Origin: a virus
Direction: 5' to 3' (one strand)
DNA: 64,000 nt
Virus record (IMG/VR): IMGVR_UViG_3300030390_002309
Location: 32,001-96,000 of that record
The notes under the pieces are model-generated. The model had not been told where the DNA came from, did not search any database, and worked only from the letters and a program-made list of their open reading frames with translations. Both the position numbers and the translations under genes were made by a program. Positions 18,182 through 26,664 of the stretch are shown piece by piece; the stretch's first letter is position 1; each line of letters starts with the position of its first letter.

Positions 18182-18981
18182 CTATCTGATTTTGTTTTTT
18201 CAAAACCTTCCCACTTTGGATCATACCAAAACATTCTAGCATTTTTATCTTTTATTTTTAACATACTATCATTACCATAACATTTCATAAACCTGCCAGG
18301 CTCTTTACCAAATGGATTTTTCCAATCCTTAATCCGGCCTCCTCCACGAACATAAGCTAAATTAGGAATATCTCTGCATAGTTCTAATATCTTTGGCTCT
18401 TCTAAAATTGCTTCTCTTGCTGATAAGAATGGATTCAAGTAAGGCAATCTATATAATATTTCTGCTCTTAAATAATTTCCTATGCCATTGAAATATTTTT
18501 GATTCATCAGTAAAAGATAAATAGGATGGTTGAATGCTGCTTTATTAATATTAACTAATATGTTTTCTTTGAATGATTTAAACTCTTTAGTTGGGTCTGG
18601 GCCTCTTTTATCATTCCACAAACCTGCTGCCTTCCATTTACCAAATCTTCTTACGTCAACAAATGATAATGTAGTTCCATTTTTCCTATAAAATTTTAGA
18701 TGAGCATGTTTTGGTTCATGACCTGTTGTTGTAACTTTAAAATGTCCAGTCATTCCCATTGTCATCTGAATAGGTAAATCTACATTATCACAATGCATCC
18801 AAACAATTAACTCTTTACCTCTAGACTCTGATGTTACAGTAAATTGTTTATCTTGAAACCAAGGTGCATCTATATCTTCACATTTATGTATTGGATTCTT
18901 TTGTACACCAATATATGTTTGACCTTTTGATGCTTCATTAATAAAGTCCGCTGTAAATTTTAATTCTGCTAATTCTGGCAT
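18178..18981 (-). CDS. nei: Fpg/Nei family DNA glycosylase/AP lyase, NEIL1-like (zincless finger)
   Basis: N-terminal PE, RGKEL, MGMTG, FVDVRRFG, H2TH NGIGNYLRAEILY; no C4 zinc finger. Confidence 0.9.
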   Translation of the reverse strand: MPELAELKFTADFINEASKGQTYIGVQKNPIHKCEDIDAPWFQDKQFTVTSESRGKELIVWMHCDNVDLPIQMTMGMTGHFKVTTTGHEPKHAHLKFYRKNGTTLSFVDVRRFGKWKAAGLWNDKRGPDPTKEFKSFKENILVNINKAAFNHPIYLLLMNQKYFNGIGNYLRAEILYRLPYLNPFLSAREAILEEPKILELCRDIPNLAYVRGGGRIKDWKNPFGKEPGRFMKCYGNDSMLKIKDKNARMFWYDPKWEGFEKTKSDR

Positions 18982-18984
18982 ATT

Positions 18985-19548
18985 TTATTCTATTACTATT
19001 TCTATCATCTTTTCATCACTAACAACTCCATCTGCAAAAGATGCTTGACCTGTTATTGTTATAGTATCTCCTTCCATTGTCTGTACTGGAGCAAACATTG
19101 TATTAATTTCTCCATCCATTGTACTATAAGATGCTTCATTAATTGTTGGCACTTCTTGTCCATCAAACCATGTTACATAACTTGTATCATTATTTAGATA
19201 TAGATAACTAGAGTCATTCAATGTCCAATTCTGATGTACAACATATCCTAATGTATCTCCTATAACCCAATAATGACTACTTGTCCACTGTATTTTAGTT
19301 AATTCATATTCATTTGCTACTTCAGACACTTTACCTGATATTCTATGTAATGTCTGCCATTCCTGTCCTAAATCTAAATGATAATATCCATTGTTATCAA
19401 CATTTAATCTAGCATCTATTTCAAAGTCATGGCCTACAATGTATAAGTCATCTTTACTACATGAAGGTGTACAAAACAATATTATAAATAACACTGCCCA
19501 TAGTATTAAAATTTTCATATATTCTGGCATATCATCATTACTACTCAT
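18985..19548 (-). CDS. Putative lipoprotein
   Basis: Hydrophobic stretch then PSC-SKDD lipobox-like motif. Confidence 0.65.
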   Translation of the reverse strand: MSSNDDMPEYMKILILWAVLFIILFCTPSCSKDDLYIVGHDFEIDARLNVDNNGYYHLDLGQEWQTLHRISGKVSEVANEYELTKIQWTSSHYWVIGDTLGYVVHQNWTLNDSSYLYLNNDTSYVTWFDGQEVPTINEASYSTMDGEINTMFAPVQTMEGDTITITGQASFADGVVSDEKMIEIVIE

Positions 19549-19937
19549 TATTTATCTTCTCCTTTATTAATATGACTATACCACCAAACAGATATGATTG
19601 TTAATAATAATACAGAACCAAATGTGTAAAGAAGAAACCATGGTGAATCTGCATCAGCAAATATTGCAGGTGCTCCCATTACTACTAACCATACTAAGAA
19701 TATCAATCCTACATTAGATTCTAATCTTCTTTCAACCTTAACCGTAAGTTCCTTTTTAATAACACGGCTCAATGCATCCTGCATATCTTTTCCATATACT
19801 GGTTGTTTCCATATTGTACCATCCTTCTCTCCAATAGTTATCAAATATTTACAATAACCTTCATGAGAACTAGAACGTTTCAATAACTCTGCTTTCATAG
19901 CACGCCTTCTATCGTACTTTTGTTTTTTAATGCTCAT
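19548..19937 (-). CDS. Hypothetical protein with two C-terminal TMs
   Basis: ORF, coupling. Confidence 0.7.
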   Translation of the reverse strand: MSIKKQKYDRRRAMKAELLKRSSSHEGYCKYLITIGEKDGTIWKQPVYGKDMQDALSRVIKKELTVKVERRLESNVGLIFLVWLVVMGAPAIFADADSPWFLLYTFGSVLLLTIISVWWYSHINKGEDK

Positions 19938-19938
19938 A

Positions 19939-20268
19939 TTAATTTACAAATGCTATATTATATAATTCTTTTCCATATGATGCTTTATCACGATTCTTTC
20001 CTATAGCAATATCATATTTAGTCTTAACATCATTTAACTTTGTTAAACATTGTTCCTTTGTTCTACAATAGAATGATAATGTTGTATAAGTCTTGAACCT
20101 GCCTTTAGAATCTTCATTCTTTATTCCAGCCTTATGTTGAGATGAATTCTCTCTAGCTCTATCTACTGCAGACTTTTCAGGTCCTTTCTTCTTAAACACT
20201 ATAGGTGCTTTAGTATCAACTTTAGGTTGGTTTGTTACATGTACTGTTAATCGGTAATTGTTATTCAT
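19939..20268 (-). CDS. Basic hypothetical protein
   Basis: ORF in gene string. Confidence 0.65.
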   Translation of the reverse strand: MNNNYRLTVHVTNQPKVDTKAPIVFKKKGPEKSAVDRARENSSQHKAGIKNEDSKGRFKTYTTLSFYCRTKEQCLTKLNDVKTKYDIAIGKNRDKASYGKELYNIAFVN

Positions 20269-20274
20269 AATTGT

Positions 20275-20445
20275 TTACTTTTTGTTATTAATTTTAGTTG
20301 TTTTTCTTTTGTCATAATTATCCATGTTCTTCATGAACTCTTTATGTTGTATTCTATTATCAATCCAATGACTGATCTGAGTTGTTACATACATTCCCAA
20401 GACGAAGCATCCGCCTCCAAATAATATTATTGCTATTGTTTCCAT
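20275..20445 (-). CDS. Small single-TM protein (56 aa), not in ORF track
   Basis: Translated by hand; fills the gap. Confidence 0.6.
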   Translation of the reverse strand: METIAIILFGGGCFVLGMYVTTQISHWIDNRIQHKEFMKNMDNYDKRKTTKINNKK

Positions 20446-20448
20446 AAT

Positions 20449-22554
20449 TTATATTAATTCTAAAAATTTCTTATTCATTGATTTTGCTACTTCATTAATC
20501 TTTTTGGTATTGATATATTGAGCTTCTTTGCCGTACATTGCATTGAATGCCTTTTCTTCAGTATCACTAATACCATATGACCCTGTAATAAAATAACTAA
20601 TTACTTTAATACCTTCTCTGGTCATCTTCTTTACTTGCTCTCTCGTATGTTTATGAGCACTTTCACCATAATAATCACCATAATAAGGCATTCCATCACT
20701 CATATTAACAAAATATGCATCTTTACCTTTTGATGCATCTAATACTTCTTTCATTATTGCATCAAAACATAATCCTTCTGGCGTCACTCCTGATACAATA
20801 CAATGAGGAAAATTAGTTTTAAGTTGACTTATACCATGCTTTCTACTATCATATGCAATTAATATCACTGGCATATCCTTTCCACTAAAATATGCTCCGG
20901 CTCTGAAACTAATAACACAATCCATATTCTCTATCATGCTACATGCTTTTGCAATTGCTACTGAGGTTGTAAATGCGTTATTAAATCTCTCTCCATTCAT
21001 TGAACCACTATTATCAATTGATATATGAATCATACCTGGATTATATGCAAATGATTCTACTTTTGCAAATATATTTTCTATACCAAATCCTGCACTTGAT
21101 ATTCTACGTTTATCAATCTTACCTGATCTTAATCTATTGAACTTAGTATCTTTCTGTTCTGCCCTTACCTTTAACTTCTTACCTAATACAATACCTCTTC
21201 TTAATCCTTCATTCACTAATTGACTATTTGCTTCTATTCTATGATCACCCCATGCTCCTTGAGTGGCCCACATATCACATTCAACATTGTTAATTAAATC
21301 TTTGGTAAAATTCTTAATAACAGCTACATCTTCATGTTTAGGAATAGAACCACCATCCCAATAATTTTCTCGCTGGTATTCAACTTTCTTAATTTCTGTA
21401 CCACTATCTTCCATCGATGAAATTGTCTTTTGTAACTTCTTACTTACACTGGTCTTCTTAATATCTTGGTTCTGAAATTCTTCTTGCTTCTTAATTGCTT
21501 TCTTAAGTTGATCTATTTGCCTTTGATTCAATTCTTCTAAATCATTTGGTGCCTTTACTCCTCCTAAATTTCTACCATCACCTTTCTTAGCCTCTTCGCC
21601 TTCTGCCTTTGAACCATCATCACTATCAACATCTCCTTCTGGTTTCTTTGCTTCTCCATTTCCATCAACTGGCTCTCCATCTTCTGCTCCACTACCTTCT
21701 CCATTACCTTCTCCTTCTCCTTCGTTTTTCTTATCTAATTCTAATGATGGTATTTGACTTTCAATAACCTTAAATACTTCATATGCTAAATCTCTAACTT
21801 CATTGGTATTCTTTAGTCTTGCAATATTCTTAAGATCGATCATCTTCCATATCTTATCTAATTCTAATACATCTAATCTACGATTTGGATTAGTTAAATT
21901 ACAAATACGGAATAAGAATGAATCCCAATCTGCACTTGTATACTCATCACTCTTAAGACCTTTATCAATAATCTTTGCATTGAAGAATTTTTCATACAAT
22001 GCTTGATAGTAACCTTTATACCCTGGTGCATTTTTATATACCCAAGCATCGATTCTTCTATCTTCTATAATATTAATAAGGCTACTTAACTTAGATATTA
22101 CATATTCTGGTGACCACCATTTGTCATATCCTTCTAAATCAGATGCTATTGCTCCATGCTTATCAGCTAATGATGACATATATTTATGATCATCAAATAA
22201 CCATGTATCTAAGTTTCTTAATGTATCAAAGTCGGTCAATTTAATATGCGATCCTTCATGTAATGCTAATCCAACGGCTGGATCAAAATCTTTATCTTTC
22301 AATGATGCTGATATAACAACTGACTTACCATCGGTATAACTATCACCACTTGTTTGAAACTTAACTGGAATGGATTCTCCTGTAACAATTCTAACAAAGT
22401 TACCTATTGCTCTACGGTAACCTGCTAACTTCATAGGGTCTTTACCTTTTGGCTTTGCAATTTCTTCTCCTAACATATCAAATTGATCATCATTAAAGAA
22501 GTCATTATCTAACCAAAAACTTGAATTGGAATCTGAATAACTGGTTTTTTTCAT
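20449..22554 (-). CDS. vWA-domain protein with N-terminal HExxH metallopeptidase-like domain (CobT-like partner of MoxR AAA+)
   Basis: LHEGSH, NIIEDRRID, acidic linker, MIDAS DNSGSM, TPEG and SDG motifs. Confidence 0.85.
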   Translation of the reverse strand: MKKTSYSDSNSSFWLDNDFFNDDQFDMLGEEIAKPKGKDPMKLAGYRRAIGNFVRIVTGESIPVKFQTSGDSYTDGKSVVISASLKDKDFDPAVGLALHEGSHIKLTDFDTLRNLDTWLFDDHKYMSSLADKHGAIASDLEGYDKWWSPEYVISKLSSLINIIEDRRIDAWVYKNAPGYKGYYQALYEKFFNAKIIDKGLKSDEYTSADWDSFLFRICNLTNPNRRLDVLELDKIWKMIDLKNIARLKNTNEVRDLAYEVFKVIESQIPSLELDKKNEGEGEGNGEGSGAEDGEPVDGNGEAKKPEGDVDSDDGSKAEGEEAKKGDGRNLGGVKAPNDLEELNQRQIDQLKKAIKKQEEFQNQDIKKTSVSKKLQKTISSMEDSGTEIKKVEYQRENYWDGGSIPKHEDVAVIKNFTKDLINNVECDMWATQGAWGDHRIEANSQLVNEGLRRGIVLGKKLKVRAEQKDTKFNRLRSGKIDKRRISSAGFGIENIFAKVESFAYNPGMIHISIDNSGSMNGERFNNAFTTSVAIAKACSMIENMDCVISFRAGAYFSGKDMPVILIAYDSRKHGISQLKTNFPHCIVSGVTPEGLCFDAIMKEVLDASKGKDAYFVNMSDGMPYYGDYYGESAHKHTREQVKKMTREGIKVISYFITGSYGISDTEEKAFNAMYGKEAQYINTKKINEVAKSMNKKFLELI

Positions 22555-22578
22555 ATCTATTTCTTTTTATTTATATAA

Positions 22579-22610
22579 TAAAGATAAGGACTTTTTCTGT
22601 ATTAGGCAAA
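22579..22610 (-). promoter_or_regulatory. Early promoter (TTTG-N20-TATCTTTA)
   Basis: Repeat family member. Confidence 0.75.
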
Positions 22611-22640
22611 TCTTTTTGATGCTTTTTTTCATAAATGTTA

Positions 22641-23069
22641 TCATGATATCATTGCATTTAATGGTGGTACTTTATCATATTCATTCTTATATTCTTTTAA
22701 AAGATTATGTTCTAATCCTTTAACATATGATGTCTCACATTTGTATCCTAATACCTTACTAGTTACAATAGGCATAGGTAATACATATACCCAAATACTT
22801 TCTACATCCTTTATATGTTGTCTAATACGGTTATTTGTTATATTAGATATACATCTATAGCCTTTATGGAATCTCTGAGTTAAGTTTTGTGTTTCTCCTA
22901 TCTTTAATAACTCACCCTTATCATTTGTCATTACATATACGCCTGGCTGGTTATCTGATTTGATAGGATTACTAGGATACATTATTTCAATACCTTGCGT
23001 ATATTTAGATGATTTAATCATACATGCATATAATTCAAATCCTTTGTTTATGTAATATTCTTTATTCAT
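22641..23069 (-). CDS. GIY-YIG nuclease family protein
   Basis: PGVYVM...LKIGETQNLTQRF...LE...PPLN. Confidence 0.75.
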   Translation of the reverse strand: MNKEYYINKGFELYACMIKSSKYTQGIEIMYPSNPIKSDNQPGVYVMTNDKGELLKIGETQNLTQRFHKGYRCISNITNNRIRQHIKDVESIWVYVLPMPIVTSKVLGYKCETSYVKGLEHNLLKEYKNEYDKVPPLNAMIS

Positions 23070-23082
23070 ATTATTATTTTTG

Positions 23083-23156
23083 TGATCGAGAAAGGATTCG
23101 AACCTTTGACCTATTGCTTAGAAGGCAATTGCTCTATCCAACTGAGCTACTCGACC
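23083..23156 (-). tRNA. trnR: tRNA-Arg(TCT), CCA not encoded
   Basis: GGTCGAG/CTCGATC acceptor, ATTGC-CTTCTAA-GCAAT anticodon arm, AAAGG-TTCGAAT-CCTTT T-arm. Confidence 0.95.
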
Positions 23157-23234
23157 ATTTCAAAAAGGAAGGGAGGCTCAAGAATTAACCTGATCTTTGT
23201 ACTTCCTCCCAACCTATACTAATCACCAAATTAG

Positions 23235-24401
23235 TTATACATTTAATTCTTCTTCTTCTTCAACGCCTTCTGCATTAAAGATATCCTCATCTTCTATACT
23301 ACCACAATACTTTTGAACTACTTGCTTCATAAAGGTTCTTTCACTATCTACTCCTCCATCTTCATCAAAGAAAGGATAAATACAAACCTCTGCCGATTCA
23401 GCTAATGTAAATCCATCTTCTAACAATCCTGCCATCTCAACACTTAACCTTGTACTTATTGAATTTGTTATTCTAGGAGCATCACCTTTTATTTCTTTTC
23501 TAGTCATTGATGCTATCTCTGCAATATTATCAGCTTGCTCTTGAGTCACTCCTGGATGAAGATCTTTTAATAATCCTGACTCTTGTTCTTTATCTAATGT
23601 CTCCATTTCAACAATAATAAATCTATCAACTAATGCTCTATCCATTGCTCTGGTTGCGGTATATTCATTACCTATATTTGCAGTGGCTACAAATGTAACT
23701 CCTTCTGCTACCTTAATGGTCGGTGCATCTTGATGTTCATCTAATCTTAAATATCTTTGTCCGGCATCTAATACCGTCATCAATATGTTCCATGCTTCTG
23801 GATGTGCTCTTGATATCTCATCTAATAATATAATAGCATCTTTGGTCTGGATTGCTTTTACAAATAATGATTCACTAAACATTGTACCTTCTTCTTTCTT
23901 AAAATGGGTGTTGCCAATCAATGTCCCTCTTGGATCTTGAGTGGCACCTAAATTAAAATAGAATTCTGGTCTATCTAATGCTTCTACTAATCTCTTAGCG
24001 GCCATTGTCTTACCACAACCTGCTGCTCCGGTCATCATAATATTCTTACCTCTCATTGCTGATCGAACTAAATACTTCCATTTCAAATCAGGCATTACCA
24101 ATGTCTTAGGACGAAGGTCTATTGATTCATTATGGATAAAATTCAATATTGGATCTGCTTCTAATTGTTCTGCCATTTTTACTTCTTCTACTTTTGGTTT
24201 CATATCATTAAACAATGCCATATCCTTACGTCTTGATCTTCCGGTTTCCATATCATATTCTATACATTGATTATTCTCAACACAATGTGAACACATAATA
24301 TCTCTAACATATAAATCATTACGTACATTCCCTTTTGTATCTTTTAGGATGTACTTACCATTTTTTGCTTCAACGGTTAAATAGATTATTTTTTCTTTCA
24401 T
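23235..24401 (-). CDS. MoxR/CbbQ/CobS-like AAA+ ATPase
   Basis: Walker A GAAGCGKT, Walker B ILLDEISR, ATANIG, DRALVDRF, sensor ISTR. Confidence 0.9.
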   Translation of the reverse strand: MKEKIIYLTVEAKNGKYILKDTKGNVRNDLYVRDIMCSHCVENNQCIEYDMETGRSRRKDMALFNDMKPKVEEVKMAEQLEADPILNFIHNESIDLRPKTLVMPDLKWKYLVRSAMRGKNIMMTGAAGCGKTMAAKRLVEALDRPEFYFNLGATQDPRGTLIGNTHFKKEEGTMFSESLFVKAIQTKDAIILLDEISRAHPEAWNILMTVLDAGQRYLRLDEHQDAPTIKVAEGVTFVATANIGNEYTATRAMDRALVDRFIIVEMETLDKEQESGLLKDLHPGVTQEQADNIAEIASMTRKEIKGDAPRITNSISTRLSVEMAGLLEDGFTLAESAEVCIYPFFDEDGGVDSERTFMKQVVQKYCGSIEDEDIFNAEGVEEEEELNV

Positions 24402-24446
24402 AATTTGGTGATTTTTGGTTATTTATTAATTTTTATTTCTTATATA

Positions 24447-24478
24447 TAAAGATAAGAAAAAGATCTCATTTAGGCAAA
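24447..24478 (-). promoter_or_regulatory. Early promoter (TTTG-N20-TATCTTTA)
   Basis: Repeat family member. Confidence 0.75.
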
Positions 24479-24484
24479 TCTTTT

Positions 24485-24583
24485 TCAAGCTTTTTTTAAC
24501 TTTGTTTCATTTATTTTTTTGATAGCCTCTTCCATTGTAAGACCGAATTTGTCCATTAACATTTTAATTGCTACTATATTCAT
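24485..24583 (-). CDS. 32-aa early peptide MNIVAIKMLMDKFGLTMEEAIKKINETKLKKA
   Basis: Lies between two promoters; leader identical to that of the 12793 gene. Confidence 0.6.
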   Translation of the reverse strand: MNIVAIKMLMDKFGLTMEEAIKKINETKLKKA

Positions 24584-24606
24584 AATTTCTACCTTTTTAT
24601 TATATA

Positions 24607-24638
24607 TAAAGATAAGAAAAATATCTGTAATAGGCAAA
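24607..24638 (-). promoter_or_regulatory. Early promoter (TTTG-N20-TATCTTTA)
   Basis: Repeat family member. Confidence 0.75.
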
Positions 24639-24660
24639 TCTTTTACCAGGAAAGTTTAAA

Positions 24661-24876
24661 TTATTTTAGGAATTTTTCTATCTCTAGTTTGGATGGCCAG
24701 CCGAGATTAAGACCACAACTTTCACAAACGTACCTTATCATTGTACTACTTTCATCTGCTACTTGTTTTATAACTTGTTGTTCGTGTTTGCATTTGTGCT
24801 GGAGTTCATTGATTTCTAAATCAATTTTCCGCTTTTCAGAAAGTAGTTTTTCCACCTTCATCTTGTTCGCATCCAT
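24661..24876 (-). CDS. Small zinc-binding hypothetical protein (CKH...CESC)
   Basis: Cys/His motif; ATATTTAT upstream. Confidence 0.65.
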   Translation of the reverse strand: MDANKMKVEKLLSEKRKIDLEINELQHKCKHEQQVIKQVADESSTMIRYVCESCGLNLGWPSKLEIEKFLK

Positions 24877-24901
24877 ATCAATAAATATGTGAGATGCTGT
24901 A

Positions 24902-25453
24902 TTATTCTTTGATCTGAATTGTTATATCATGGGGTGCAAATTCATTGCCTCCAAAATAAGGATATAGATAATATCTTCTAATTAACCCCCAATTACCTTG
25001 TGGTCTTCTTCTTACTTCGGTAGTATCATTGTCTATAACTATTATATAATAGAATGTCTGAATATCAATTGTTACATCATATATTGTATTTATATCAATA
25101 TTTTTTATTTTACCGGATGTATGAACTCCTTCTGCATGTCTTAGCCAACATAATTCTATTTCATTATTCAAATACCTCCATCCTAATCTTATAGAGTATT
25201 TTTGATGACTCTTTCCAAAATCACTAACACCATATATTTTATTAACATCAGATTGATTCTCAGGTATTTCTGATTCATATATTGCTGAATCATCTAATAT
25301 GAATTGAAAATTTATTCTAGAATTTGTTGGATGATTAAAATAGGTTCCTGACCTATGTTCGCCTTCTGGTATTATATAAGTTCTAAAGCCTAGATCATCT
25401 TTATCTTTACCACATGATGTGCATATCAATAAGAGTAATATTAGCCTTTTCAT
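24902..25453 (-). CDS. Putative lipoprotein, beta-rich
   Basis: MKRLILLLLICTSC lipobox; YPYFGG. Confidence 0.7.
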   Translation of the reverse strand: MKRLILLLLICTSCGKDKDDLGFRTYIIPEGEHRSGTYFNHPTNSRINFQFILDDSAIYESEIPENQSDVNKIYGVSDFGKSHQKYSIRLGWRYLNNEIELCWLRHAEGVHTSGKIKNIDINTIYDVTIDIQTFYYIIVIDNDTTEVRRRPQGNWGLIRRYYLYPYFGGNEFAPHDITIQIKE

Positions 25454-25496
25454 ATATCAATAAATATATGAGTTGATATGGTATATCTACAAGTTC

Positions 25497-26018
25497 TTAA
25501 TAACTATTTTTCATCCTACCACCTAATGGATTACCCACTTCTTGATAGTAACAATTGTAACATAATAACCTTAAGTTATCTCTTATATGATTTGTCCTAT
25601 CTCCATCAATCCAATCTAGTAATAATGGCACTGAATAATCTGATACCCTTCTTACACAATAACCACATGAGTTACATTCTTCTTCAAGAATAGCATTTTT
25701 AAGTAATCTTATCTTTAATCTGCTATGTGGATAATTAGGATACTTACCTTCTAGTATATCTAATAAACCATAATGGCCTCTTAGTCTAGGCTTTGTTGCT
25801 CTAGGTATTCCTTTTCCAGCCTTGTTCTTATGTAGTTCAAACAATGTTTTACCAGTTTCTGAATCTACATATAGTTTAGAATATTTCCTAAATGCTTCAT
25901 ATGAAACTTTAAGGAAACGAGCTGCGCCTGCACAAGATTGAGTATTGACCATTGCATATCGAATCTCAGACTCTGATATGTTCATTGGTGGTCTACCCTC
26001 TCCTGGCTTGAACGGCAT
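25497..26018 (-). CDS. HNH-like endonuclease with N-terminal HTH; catalytic His appears replaced
   Basis: CNSCG...LLLDWIDGDRTNH...NLRLLCYNC. Confidence 0.75.
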   Translation of the reverse strand: MPFKPGEGRPPMNISESEIRYAMVNTQSCAGAARFLKVSYEAFRKYSKLYVDSETGKTLFELHKNKAGKGIPRATKPRLRGHYGLLDILEGKYPNYPHSRLKIRLLKNAILEEECNSCGYCVRRVSDYSVPLLLDWIDGDRTNHIRDNLRLLCYNCYYQEVGNPLGGRMKNSY

Positions 26019-26022
26019 TATA

Positions 26023-26331
26023 TTATCCTTTTAGTAATTCTTTTGAATCATCTACTAAGTTGCGACTATTATAAAATTTATCTCTAGCCTTTGCTCTCAT
26101 AGACTCAACATATGTTTTTTCGTCCTTAGATAATGAACTCCAAAATGATTCAAACTCTCCACCTGGAGTATTCATATATCTAGTATATGCATCTTCAGTT
26201 TTGTCATCATTCATATGCTTAGCTAAAACTGTACCTAAAATAGTTGATGCTTTAGGTTGAACTGATATTCCGTTCTTCCCCATTGCAGTATACCATTCGT
26301 CCATAATCTGTGTTACTTTGTCTTTACTCAT
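26023..26331 (-). CDS. Hypothetical protein
   Basis: ORF after the tmRNA locus. Confidence 0.65.
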   Translation of the reverse strand: MSKDKVTQIMDEWYTAMGKNGISVQPKASTILGTVLAKHMNDDKTEDAYTRYMNTPGGEFESFWSSLSKDEKTYVESMRAKARDKFYNSRNLVDDSKELLKG

Positions 26332-26369
26332 AACTTATTCCTTTTTTTTATTATTTCCTCTATATCCTC

Positions 26370-26509
26370 CGAAGCTTAAACGGCATGCTTCTTCAACCGT
26401 CGGTCTTGGGTGCTTAATTAAGCAGCCATCGCCATGTTAACATGTTCGCCTGTTATTGCGTTGATCTTCATTATATCCTTATCATCATGTCAAATACCTG
26501 TTCATCCCC
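26370..26509 (-). ncRNA. ssrA: tmRNA coding piece of a permuted two-piece ssrA; tag (A)GEHVNMAMAA* at 26450-26418; 3' boundary approximate
   Basis: Starts GGGGATG-AACAGGTATTTGAC; AATAACA precedes resume codon GGC; ends GCTGCTTAA inside a hairpin; possible pseudoknot 26401-26371. Confidence 0.88.
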
Positions 26510-26514
26510 ATTTG

Positions 26515-26586
26515 TAGCCCGACGGAGAATCGAACTCCGGTTACATGGATGAAAACCATGCGTCCTAACCACTAGACGACCGGGCC
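26515..26586 (-). tRNA. trnE: tRNA-Glu(TTC), CCA not encoded; nested in the tmRNA intervening segment
   Basis: GGCCCGG/TCGGGCT acceptor, CATGG-TTTTCAT-CCATG anticodon arm, CGGAG-TTCGATT-CTCCG T-arm. Confidence 0.95.
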
Positions 26587-26600
26587 AATTTCCTACTTAG

Positions 26601-26660
26601 TGGAGATGGTGGGAGTCGAACCCACGTCCATTAATGCAGCTAATATAACTACTAACGATC
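26601..26660 (-). ncRNA. ssrA: tmRNA acceptor piece of a permuted two-piece ssrA; 5' boundary approximate
   Basis: GGAC-GTGGG-TTCGACT-CCCAC-CATCTCC-A; pairs with GGGGATG giving G3:U70 and A73. Confidence 0.88.
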
Positions 26661-26664
26661 ATTT

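Noticed and set aside
23161-23215. Possible terminator or ncRNA between the AAA gene and tRNA-Arg
   Set aside because: The GGGAGG and CCTCCC arms are separated by a long unpaired stretch; too weak to call.
26601-26630. tmRNA 3' end as an isolated attP/attR integration-site duplication
   Set aside because: The exactly complementary 5' end, an intact tag frame and P2 pairing lie 91 nt downstream, and no integrase is in the window; a permuted gene explains all parts.
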